NCBI GenBank assembly: GCA_907165135.1
Contig: OU015567.1
Location: forward strand, 16,058,001-16,122,000
Length of the DNA stretch: 64,000 nucleotides
From: Oikopleura dioica
Taxonomy: Eukaryota; Animalia; Chordata
Direction of reading: 5' to 3'
The notes below the pieces were generated by a model. The model did no database searches and had not been told where the DNA came from. It was given only the letters and a program-made list of their open reading frames with translations. Position numbers and translations under genes: made by a program. How positions within the stretch are numbered: the stretch's first letter is position 1; each line of letters starts with the position of its first letter. Shown here one piece after another: positions 22,348 through 33,449 of the stretch.

Positions 22348-23456
22348 TGGTGACCCCAACTCCTGAAGAGGTACTGTACAAGAGTCATGCGCTTTTTTCG
22401 GTTTCCCCAAATCAGATGATTAGATTAGGAATGAGAAATTTCGAATTCAATTTGATTAATTCTACAATTAAAGACAAATTACAGCGTGCAAAATGGATTT
22501 TTGAAAAATCTCTGGCGGAAAATAAACCCGAAAACAAAGAGGACCTCGAGGCTCAATTTTCGCGCCTTTCAAGCTCTTTTGTTTATAATTCATGCGAGCC
22601 GGAATTTCTTAGGGAATACGGGGAAGATCTTTATGGATTTGAATCAGCTGAGGAAAAATTGTCTTTTTTGACGTCTGTTTTTGGCGACGAATCGCCCGAG
22701 GAAAAGATCCTTCGAAACAAAGAAAAAATGGAAAATCTCACCCGAAAGAGCGAGAACAATGAAAAATTCGAGATATTTTTGTCACGTGTTAAAACTGTCG
22801 CGGAGAAAATTACGCAGAAACCGGACGCGAGAGAATACATTATCGACGCGCAATTTAGAAAATCGCTCACGCCTGAACTGCAGAATTTTCTTCGCGATCA
22901 GTGTATGCTTGAAAAAACACCCGAGGAAATATCCAAATTTCTTGACAAAAGAAAACGAAATGAGACTATCCCCAAAATTGCCCAAATCGAAATTGACGCG
23001 AAACTTGGCTCGTTTTTCCAGTCGACTTCCGACTTAATTTCAAAATCGACAATGTCCTTTGAGGATCAAATTTCTCAATTGAAAATTGAACAGAAAAAAT
23101 CAGAAGAGGCGGCGGAAAAACGGGCGAGTGCGCTTCATGATCAAATTGAAAAACTAACGGCAACAATTGCAAAATTAGAAGTTGATCGCCGCAACGATCA
23201 GAGTTTGACGCGTCAAAATAACCAGCAACGGAATTTTCAAAGTCGAAATTTGGGCGCGCCAAACCCGGATCGGCCAAGGCCTCGACGATTTTGTGGATTT
23301 TGTAACACAGACACTCATTTTAGATCGCATTGCCCCTTTATTACCTGTCATTTTTGTCAGAAAAAAGGCCACATGAAAACAGCTTGCCCCGATAATCCCG
23401 ATAGAATTTACAGAGCTGCTCGGGTCGAGGGAGAAGAAACTTCAAAAAACGAGTAA
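22347..23456 (+). CDS. gag: A2a Gag, intact, two CCHC zinc knuckles
   Basis: MVTPTPEE...; CGFCNTDTHFRSHC and CHFCQKKGHMKTAC. The first ATG in the frame is at 22347; the track's 22269 start is a TTG inside the LTR. Confidence 0.92.
   Translation: MVTPTPEEVLYKSHALFSVSPNQMIRLGMRNFEFNLINSTIKDKLQRAKWIFEKSLAENKPENKEDLEAQFSRLSSSFVYNSCEPEFLREYGEDLYGFESAEEKLSFLTSVFGDESPEEKILRNKEKMENLTRKSENNEKFEIFLSRVKTVAEKITQKPDAREYIIDAQFRKSLTPELQNFLRDQCMLEKTPEEISKFLDKRKRNETIPKIAQIEIDAKLGSFFQSTSDLISKSTMSFEDQISQLKIEQKKSEEAAEKRASALHDQIEKLTATIAKLEVDRRNDQSLTRQNNQQRNFQSRNLGAPNPDRPRPRRFCGFCNTDTHFRSHCPFITCHFCQKKGHMKTACPDNPDRIYRAARVEGEETSKNE
22348..22355 (+). promoter_or_regulatory. Putative primer-binding site (TGGTGACC) overlapping the gag start
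   Basis: TGG directly after the LTR end; only TGGTG is shared by all four subfamilies; cognate tRNA not identified. Confidence 0.55.
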
Positions 23457-23491
23457 ATGGAACTGAAAGCCCTGGTCAGGCACCAGTTCCA
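23444..23491 (+). promoter_or_regulatory. -1 ribosomal frameshift signal (A2a)
   Basis: A_AAA_AAC at 23444-23450, 7-nt spacer, stem TGGAACTG (23458-65) / CAGTTCCA (23484-91); the -1 frame is open from here into pol. Confidence 0.85.
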
Positions 23492-26400
23492 AGGACTTGT
23501 TCAATTTTTCGCATTGGATTACAATATTTTGTAGAAATGACAGTTTTTTCAAAAAAAATAAAAATGCTCGTCGATTCTGGCTCCCAACTTAACCTTTTGC
23601 CCAAATCATTTATTCCCGATAATGTTAAAATTCAAGCCCCTGATATTTTTGCTAAAAATTACGGTGGAGGAAGTATTGAAATTCTTGGTTTTGTCGAATG
23701 TGATTTTCATGTTAAAACGGAAAAATGGGGTAAATCGCGATTTTATATTGTAAATGACAATTGTCAGGCAATTCTCGGTTCGGAAGCACTTAAATCTAAT
23801 GAAATTATGATCAATCTTCATCGAAATCGTCTAGTTAAATCTGGTCCTATAGAGCGAATGGCGAATTTATGTAATAATGCATCAAAAAGCCCAACAGTTA
23901 ATAACATTGAGCAAGACAGTTTTTATGCCGTTTCTGAGCAAACTTACACATTTCGAGGCAAAAGTGAGCAAATTATCGATTTAAAAATTCCTCATTTGAA
24001 CAGATCAATGAATCTTTTTTTAGAAGAAAGCCAGCTTAAAAATTCGAAGCTAGAGTTAATAGAATCATTCCAGAGAGTTGATCCCGAGAATCCATTCTTT
24101 CGTATTCTTGTTATAAATCCCCTGAATTCTACAGTTAAAATTCCTGCTGGCACGGCCTTTGCAAAACTAGCGGAAATAGCTGAGATCGCCCAAATCAAGC
24201 CCTCAAAAAAAGATCTTAATTTTCTTCTTTCGCGGTTAAAAATAGGCAATATATCGAAAAAGAATAAGCCGGTACTTTTTGGTCTTCTTGCTATATACAC
24301 CCATTTATTTCAAGACGAGGACGACAATTTGCCTGTTTCGAACCTTGAAAAATTTTCGATTGAACTAGAGACTGATCGCCCGATTTGTAGCAATATGTAC
24401 AGAACGCCATATGCCTTGCGGGGAATAATGACCGGTACTACTACCTCCTACCTTGGGCAAGACATGATAATGCGAATTAATTCACCCTATAATAGCCCCG
24501 CGTTACTCGTAAGGAAAAAGAATGGTACATTCAGATTATGTATTGATTACAGGAAATTAAATTCGTTTACGCTCCAGCAGCATCATCCGTTGCAACAAAT
24601 TGAAGACGTTTTAGGGTATTTAGAAAATAGCATTATTTTTTCTTGTGTTGATTTGCGAAAAGGATTTCATCAGTGCCTCGTAGATGAGAAATCGCGAGAA
24701 AAACTAGCTTTTTCGACTGAAGACGGACAATTTACTTGGAAAAGGCTTCCAATGGGTCTCAAAAATGCCCCTATTCATTTCGCAAAATGCATGGATGTTA
24801 TTTTACGAGACACGCCGAAAACTCAAATTTGCGCTTATCTTGACGATTTAGTGGTCCATTCAAGAACGGAAGAAGAACATTTAGCCAATTTACGTAAATT
24901 ATTTCAAATTTTAGACCAAAATAATTTACGGATTAACATCGACAAAGCGAGTTTTTGAGCGAAAAGCATGCATTTTGGGTTTTGAAATTTTTGAAGGGAG
25001 AATACGGCCATCACAGGACAAGATCGAAGCGGTTAAAAATCTGTCTATTCCGAGAAACCGTGAGGAGGCACAATCACTTTTCGGACTTCTTTCGCAGCAC
25101 AGAAAATTTATTAAAAATTTTGCACCCCTGGGAGTAGAAATTTCAAAAACGTACAGAGGGTCATTTTGTTGGACAAAAGAGGCGACGATTTCACTCGAAA
25201 AGCTCAAAAGTATCATCTGCCATAACGCTCTTGAGCTCAAAATCCCCCCACTAAATGACGGTGTTTTCGTACTCGAGACAGACGCATCTAATCATAGTTT
25301 TGGTGGAGTTCTTTATCTTTGCGCGGAGCGAAATAAAAATCACCATCATTCTCATAATTGCCTACAACCGATAGCTTACCACTCGCTTAATTTTACGCCG
25401 GCACAACAGAAATACGGGACATTGGAAAAAGAACTTTATAGTGGGAAGACATGTATGGAACGATGGAGGGCTTATCTTGCTTATGTCGATTTTCTTTGGA
25501 TTACTGATAACTCTTGTGTTAAATACGCTCAATCCTTCAAGACAAATAATTTAAAAATTCAAAGATGGCTTACGGAGCTTCAGGGCTTTTCATTTCGAAT
25601 TGAACAGAGGAAAACTCATCAAATGAAAATAAGTGATTGCCTTAGTCGTAATACATTAAATTGTTCGATCAATCAAATAAAATTTACCCCTGAATCATTC
25701 GTAGAGTTTCAAAAATCTGACCCAGTATTATCACAAGTTAGACGTTTCGTTAGTATTGATAGATGGCCAAATAACCCACCAAGCGAGCTTTACCCATTCC
25801 TTTTACGTAGACCTGACCTTGAAATCCTTGGGTCTGGTGAGCTAGCTATAAATTCTCCAGCCTATCAAAAAAGATTTTGCGTCCCCGAGGCATTGACAGA
25901 GACAATTTGCAGCGAATATCATGATCACTCTCATTTCGGAGTCGATATTACAACCGAAAAAATTTCTAGAAAGTATTTTTGGCCGGGATTAAAAAATACA
26001 GTCGCGAGCTTTCTAAAATCATGTCACAAATGTCAAATTTCAAAACCAAATCTACAGCCTAACAAACCTCCTTTAGGCAAATCTGAAACACCAAGCAGCC
26101 CTTTTGAAAGTTTGTACTTTGATTTAATTGGCCCACTTCAAGAAACTGATTTTGGTCATAAATATATAATGGTGGTTATTGACGGTTTTAGCAAAAAAGT
26201 TTACGCGGAGCCCCTATCGTGCAAAAAATCGGATTATTTACTGCAAAAATTCCGGAGCGTATTATTTAGAAATCCAAAATTTCCAAAATATATGGTTTTA
26301 GATAACGCGAAGGAACACGTTCTGATTGAAAAATTTTTGAAAGAAAATAAAATTGGTGTACATTATATTCCCCGCGTCATCCCCAATCTAACGGGCAAGT

Positions 26401-27908
26401 TGAAAACGTCAATAGAACCATAAAAGCCAGGCTCAGGGCTCGTTCAAATTGGGTGAATTGGGATATTTTTCTGTTTGAAATTGTTCACGAAATAAACAGT
26501 AGTTTACACACAGTACTCGGAACAACCCCATTTTGTGTAGAAACTGGTATAAAAAGCAGTCATCATTTTCAAGACCCTTATTGGCGAACATACGGAGATA
26601 AAATCGACGTAGACTTTGAGAAAATTCGTGCGAAAATTGAACAAGAAAAGCAAAAAAAGAATGACCAAATTTGAAAATCCCCGTTTCAAAGAATACAATT
26701 TAGGCGATAAAGTTCTTATTAAAAATTTCCGCGAAAAATTTCCTCCGTTTTTAGGTCCTTATGAAGTGACGTTTAAATCCCCGAGTGGTCTGTGGTACGC
26801 TGTTAAAAATGATAAGGACGAATTTAGGCGACATGCGGAACATATGAAAAGTTATTCTCAGCGAAATTCAATTTTAGAGACGAATAATGATGTTGAAAAA
26901 TACTCCAAGATTGTGACAAAGCCACAAGAGAACGATCTCGAGTTTTTTGAATTTTTTTCCGAAAACTGTCTTTTTTCGAAGGATTCCCTCGGCCGGTTTG
27001 CTGAAAATTCCCCCACAGAAAAAGAATCGGAAAAAGCGCATGAACCTTTCTCCTCCGAAAGGTCAGATCAGTCTTTACAATCGGAACCTTATCGGGAGCG
27101 GTCTAGTTCTTCTTCAGAACCAGAAAATTTTTCATCCTCATCGACTCTTTTGATAGAAATGCCAGTACCGAATATAAATGGTAATCAAGAACGTGATTTG
27201 AATCAAGTAGGAAATGGATCAGACATTTTGCTTGATTCCGAGAAATCAAGTTCTGATTCTGAGCTCTCTGTTAATTTGACATCGTACGATAAATTGCCCG
27301 AAATTGATCCGCTAGTTGCTTTAAAACGTAGAAGGGAAAGATCTGATGATTCCGTTGTCGAGCGTAAAATTGCTAAATTTACAGTTGAAAATAATTTTAA
27401 AAACATGTCAATTTTAATTAAAATGGAAAATCATGATCTTGACTTTTTCGAACATCTTAATGATAAATGGAAAAATACAGACGACATAGAGGAGACCTAT
27501 GTTGAAAATGGTATATTTATCAAACTGAACGAATTAACAAGAGACTCTCTTTTATTCATTCTTTTTAAAATGAATCAGGAATTTGATCTTGAGGAATCAA
27601 GGGCAAAACTTCAGATAAAAGTGAAGGAAACTATTCGTAGAGAATATCCGAATTGGCGTAAATCGAGAAACGGACAACTCCTTTTTTTTGCGGTCTTTAG
27701 AGTGCAAAAAGAGCGAACGTTGTACGAACTAACTGTCCCCGAGCTAAAAACTGTATGCGCATTTTATGATTTACCCTGTAAATTTCGAAACTGCTCAAAA
27801 ACAATTTTACAGGCATCTATCGAAACAGAACTGCTTAAAAAATTTCCAAATCATCCAATGCGTAAAAATGTTCTTGTTTTTCTTCCGGACTTTGAAACTG
27901 AAATATAA
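23444..27908 (+). pseudogene. pol: A2a Pol, three frameshifts in homopolymer runs
   Basis: Segments 23537-24958, 24975-26423, 26453-26674 and 26616-27908 join into a protein colinear with A1 Pol. Breaks fall near 24955 (T run), 26372 (C run) and 26655 (A run); some may be sequencing errors. Confidence 0.88.
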
Positions 27909-27958
27909 AAAAAGATGGGCGATAAAGATGCTCGTTTGGGACCCATGGAAGGTCACAG

Positions 27959-29163
27959 TGATATCCTTAGGGAACAACGCCTCAAGCCAAATAAAAATTT
28001 TTATTTCACGGCCAAATATTTACGCCAATTCGGTTCTACGTTAGTTTAAATTTGTCTTGTCAGCTTGGTATCACCAAATTGATCAGACATATTTGCAAAA
28101 ATCATTTCACGATATTCTACTTAAAATGAAAAGATGGTCAGTTTTAACGAGCCAGATTGACCCAAAATTGTCTTATCATCATGTCATCTCCTTACGATCT
28201 ATACGTTCTATCATTGGAATGCTCATATGCTCTCATCATAATACTTTTCTAGTGCAATCTGATGTCAATTCATCCAAAAATATGCTATTTGCAAAACTGC
28301 ATGTTTAATCTATTTATCGATATTTCTTATCATTGCTTTGCGATTTTTAAAGTTCGATTATTGACAGTGCATACGATTCAACTTCTACAACAAGAAAGTC
28401 GTCAACATCTTCTTCAACAACAACTACTCCAAGGAGCCGATAAACCGTCGTATCATCTCGGTGCCGTGGGGTCGGACAAACTCTATGTCAGGGCGTCCGC
28501 TTGTCGCAAATTAGCTCATCCGTAAGAGAAGATACGGTGCGAACCGCGACAGTAACTTCCCCCGGGTATGTTCCTTGGAATTTGCTTCTTCTGTGATTTC
28601 AATTTTGATAAATTCATTTTATAAAATCCTGACCAAATTTTATTCAATTTATTTGTTAAAATTTTGTATATATTCTTTTTACTTTTCTCATCCTTTTTTT
28701 ATTTCAACCATAATTAACAGTCACTTCTACGGTCACATAGTGAGAAGTTTAAGTGGCTGTTATTATTTTCTGCTTTTATTTTGAAAAAATTAATTTGCGT
28801 TTTATCTCGTCACGCGCGGCGCCGGCTCCCGAAACCTTTGAAAATAACTTGCTTGGCAAGTTCGATCAGCTCGTCTTCCGAAAAGAAATCGATCCGAAAG
28901 GATTTCCCGCAAGAAAAACCGCTAAAGAAAGCCACGGGCTCTCTTCCTTGTTTTCAAAAGAAAAATTGTTTTTCAAAAACAACCGCTTGTTCAAAAACAC
29001 TGATCAAATCTCGCTGCTATTTAACCCCGCGTCGCGCCTTTTTCAGTCATTCAAATCACAAATAAAACCACGCAAATTTAAAATTTGATTCTCGTTATTT
29101 TGGCTTGGCATTCTAGAGTTAGAGATCGAGCAAAATTCTTGCAGGACAGCCGCTTCCGTATCA
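27959..29163 (+). repeat. A2a 3' LTR
   Basis: Near-identical to the 5' LTR. Confidence 0.95.
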
Positions 29164-32100
29164 TAAATTTCAAAAAAAAATCAAGAAAAATTCTGATGCG
29201 TTTTTTGGCGTTTTCAGATGATTTTTAGGTCATAAAAATCAAAAAAAAATCAAGAAAAATTCTGATGCGTTTTTTGGCGTTTTCTGATGATTTTCAGGCC
29301 ATAAAAATCAAAACAAAATCAAGAAAAATTCTGATGCGTTTTTTGGCATTTTCAGATGATTTTCAGGCCATAAAAATCATTAAATAATCAAGAAAAATTC
29401 TGATGCGTTTTTTGGCGTTTTAAGATGATTTTCAATTCATAAATTTCAAAAAAAATCAAGAAAAATTCTGATGCGTTTTTTGGCGTTTTCAGATGATTTT
29501 GGTCATAAACATCAAACAAAAATCAACAAAAATTCTGATGCGTTTTTTGGCGTTTTCAGATGATTTTCAGTTCATTAAAACCAAAAAAAAAACAAAAAAA
29601 ATTCTGATGCGTTTTTTGGCGTTTTCAGATGATTTTCAGGCCATAAAAATCAAAAAAAAAATCAAGGAAAATTCTGATGCGTTTTTTGGCGTTTTTAGAT
29701 GATTTTCAAAACATAAAAATAAACAAAAAATCAAGAAAAATTCTGATGCGTTTTTTGGCATTTTCAGATGATTTTCAGGCCATAAAAATCAAAAAAAATC
29801 AAGAAAAATTCTGATGCGTTCTCTGACGTTTTTAGATGATTTTTAGGTCATAAAAATCAAAAAAAAAAATCAAGAAAAATTCTGATGCGTTTTTTGGCGT
29901 TTTCAGATGATTTTGGTCATAAACATCAAACAAAAATCAACAAAAATTCTGATGCGTTTTTAGCGTTTTCAGATGATTTTCAGGTCATGAAAATAAAGAA
30001 AAATCAAGAAAAATTCTGATGCGTTTTTGGCGTTTTCAGATGAAATTCAGTTCAAAAAATCATAAAAAAATCAAGAAAAATTCTGATGCGTTTTTGGCGT
30101 TTTCAGATGATTTTCAGGCCATAAAAATCAAAAAAATCAAGGAAAATTCTGATGCGTTTTTGGCGTTTTTAGATGATTTTCAGAACATAAAAATCAAAAA
30201 AAAAATCAAGAAAAATTCTGATGCGTTTTTTGGCATTTTCAGATGATTTTCAGGCCATAAAAATCAAAAAAAAAAAATCAAGAAAAATTCTGATGCGTTC
30301 TCTGACGTTTTTAGATGATTTTCAGGTCATGAAAATCAAAAAAATCAAGAAAAATTCTGATGCGTTTTTGGCGTTTTCAGATGATTTTTGGTCATAAACA
30401 TCAAACAAAAATCAACAAAAATTCTGATGCGTTTTTGGCGTTTTCAGATGATTTTCAGGTCATGAAAATAAAGAAAAATCAAGAAAAATTCTGATGCGTT
30501 TTTTGGCGTTTTTAGATGAAATTCAGTTCAAAAAAATCATAAAAAAATCAAGAAAAATTCTGATGCGTTTTTTGGCGTTTTCAGATGATTTTCAGGCCAT
30601 AAAAATCAAAAAAAAAATCAAGGAAAATTCTGATGCGTTTTTTGGCGTTTTTAGATGATTTTCAGAACATAAAAATCAAAAAAAAAATCAAGAAAAATTC
30701 TGATGCGTTTTTTGGCATTTTCAGATGATTTTCAGGCCATAAAAATAAAAAAAAAAAAATCAAGAAAAATTCTGATGGGTTCTCTGACGTTTTTAGATGA
30801 TTTTCAGGTCATAAAAATCAAAAAAAAAAATCAAGAAAAATTCTGATGCGTTTTTTGGCGTTTTCAGATGATTTTTGGTCATAAACATCAAACAAAAATC
30901 AACAAAAATTCAGATGCGTTTTTTGGCGTTTTCAGATGATTTTCAGGTCATGAAAATAAAGAAAAAATCAAGAAAAATCCTGATGCGTTTTTTGGCGTTT
31001 TCAGATAAAATTCAGGTCATAAAAATCAAAAAAAATCAAGAAAAATTCTGATGCGTTTTTTGGCGTTTGAAGATGATTTTCAATTCATAAATTTCAAAAA
31101 TAATCAAGAAAAATTCTGATGCGTTTTTAGGCGTTTTCAGATGATTTTCAGGTCATAAAAATCAAAAAAAAAAAATCAAGAAAAATTTTGAAGCGTTTTT
31201 TGGCGTTTTCAGATGATTTTTAGGTCATAAAAATCAAAGAAAAAAAATCAAGAAAAATTTTGAAGCGTTTTTTGGCGTTTTCAGATGATTTTCAGGCCAT
31301 AAAAATCAAAACAAAATCAAGAAAAATTCTGATGCGTTTTTTGGCGTTTTTAGATGATTTTCAGTTCATAAAAATCATAAAATAATCAAGAAAAATTCTG
31401 ATGCGTTTTGAAGCGTTTTCAGATGATTTTCAATGCATAAAAATCAAAAAAAAATATCATGAAATATTCTGATGCGTTTTTTGTCGTTTTCAGATGATTT
31501 TCAGTTCAAAAAAAACATAAAAAAATCAAGAAAAATTCTGATGCGTTTTTTGGCGTTTTCAAGTTATTTTCTGGTCATAAAAATCATAAAAAAATCAAGA
31601 ATAATTCTGATGCGTTTTTTGGCGTTTTCAGATGATTTTCAGTTCATTAAAACGCAAAAAAAAATTCTGATGCGTTTTTGGCGTTTTCAGATGATTTTCA
31701 GGCCATAAAAATCAAAAAAATCAAGGAAAATTCTGATGCGTTTTTTGGCGTTTTCAGATGATTTTCAGAACATAAAAATCAAAAAAAAAAATCAAGAAAA
31801 ATTCTGATTCGTTTTTTGGCGTTTTCAGATGATTTTAAGGCCATAAAAATCAAAAAAAAAATCAAGGAAAATTCTGATGCGTTTTTTGGCGTTTTCAGAT
31901 GATTTTCAGAACATAAAAATCAAAAAAAAAATCAAGAAAAATTCTGATGCGTTTTTTGGCGTTTTCAGATGATTTTCAGGCCATAAAAATCAAAAAAAAA
32001 TCAAGAAAAATTCTGATGCGTTCTCTGACGTTTTCAGATGATTTTCAGGTCATAAAAATCAAAAAAAAAAAACAAGAAAAATTCTGATGCGTTTTTTGGC

Positions 32101-32241
32101 GTTTTTAGATGAAATTCAGGTCATAAAAATCAAAAAAATCAAGAAAAATTCTGATGCGTTTTTTGGCGTTTTAAGATGATTTTCAATTCATAAATTTCAA
32201 AAAAAATCAAGAAAAATTCTGATGCGTTTTTAGGCGTTTTC
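29164..32241 (+). repeat. ~69-bp satellite array, segment 3
   Basis: Same monomer; the start matches the variant order seen at ~7515-9500. Confidence 0.98.
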
Positions 32242-33449
32242 TGATATCCTTAGGGAACAACGCCTCAAGCCAAATAAAAAATTTTTATTTCACGGCCAAA
32301 TATTTACGCCAATTCGGTTCTACGTTAGTTTAAATTTGTCTTGTCAGCTTGGTATCACCAAATTGATCAGACATATTTGCAAAAATCATTTCACGATATT
32401 CTACTTAAAATGAAAAGATGGTCAGTTTTAACGAGCCAGATTGACCCAAAATTGTCTTATCATCATGTCATCTCCTTACGATCTATACGTTCTATCATTG
32501 GAATGCTCATATGCTCTCATCATAATACTTTTCTAGTGCAATCTGATGTCAATTCATCCAAAAATATGCTATTTGCAAAACTGCATGTTTAATCTATTTA
32601 TCGATATTTCTTATCATTGCTTTGCGATTTTTAAAGTTCGATTATTGACAGTGCATACGATTCAACTTCTACAACAAGAAAGTCGTCAACATCTTCTTCA
32701 ACAACAACTACTCCAAGGAGCCGATAAACCGTCGTATCATCTCGGTGCCGTGGGGTCGGACAAACTCTATGTCAGGGCGTCCGCTTGTCGCAAATTAGCT
32801 CATCCGTAAGAGAAGATACGGTGCGAACCGCGACAGTAACTTCCCCCCGGGTATGTTCCTTGGAATTTGCTTCTTCTGTGATTTCAATTTTGATAAATTC
32901 ATTTTATAAAATCCTGACCAAATTTTATTCAATTTATTTGTTAAAATTTTGTATATATTCTTTTTACTTTTCTCATCCTTTTTTTATTTCAACCATAATT
33001 AACAGTCACTTCTACGGTCACATAGTGAGAAGTTTAAGTGGCTGTTATTATTTTCTGCTTTTTATTTTGAAAAAATTAATTTGCGTTTTATCTCGTCACG
33101 CGCGGCGCCGGCTCCCGAAACCTTTGAAAATAACTTGCTTGGCAAGTTCGATCAGCTCGTCTTCCGAAAAGAAATCGATCCGAAAGGATTTCCCGCAAGA
33201 AAAACCGCTAAAGAAAGCCACGGGCTCTCTTCCTTGTTTTCAAAAGAAAAATTGTTTTTCAAAAACAACCGCTTGTTCAAAAACACTGATCAAATCTCGC
33301 TGCTATTTAACCCCGCGTCGCGCCTTTTTCAGTCATTCAAATCACAAATAAAACCACGCAAATTTAAAATTTGATTCTCGTTATTTTGGCTTGGCATTCT
33401 AGAGTTAGAGATCGAGCAAAATTCTTGCAGGACAGCCGCTTCCGTATCA
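32242..33449 (+). repeat. A2b 5' LTR
   Basis: Direct repeat of 39065-40270. Confidence 0.95.

Larger units (their letters stand above)
21140..29163 (+). mobile_element. Full-length Ty3/gypsy LTR retrotransposon, subfamily A2 copy a
   Basis: LTRs 21140-22347 and 27959-29163; TGATA...TATCA; TSD GAAAT/TAAAT (one mismatch; the paralogous empty site near 7515 reads TAAAT). Confidence 0.96.

Noticed and set aside
24950-26380. Copy-specific pol frameshifts as biological or programmed events
   Set aside because: All fall in homopolymer runs, and satellite stretches such as ~7690-8100 and ~60360-61200 show systematically shortened runs, consistent with long-read consensus error; cannot be resolved without reads.
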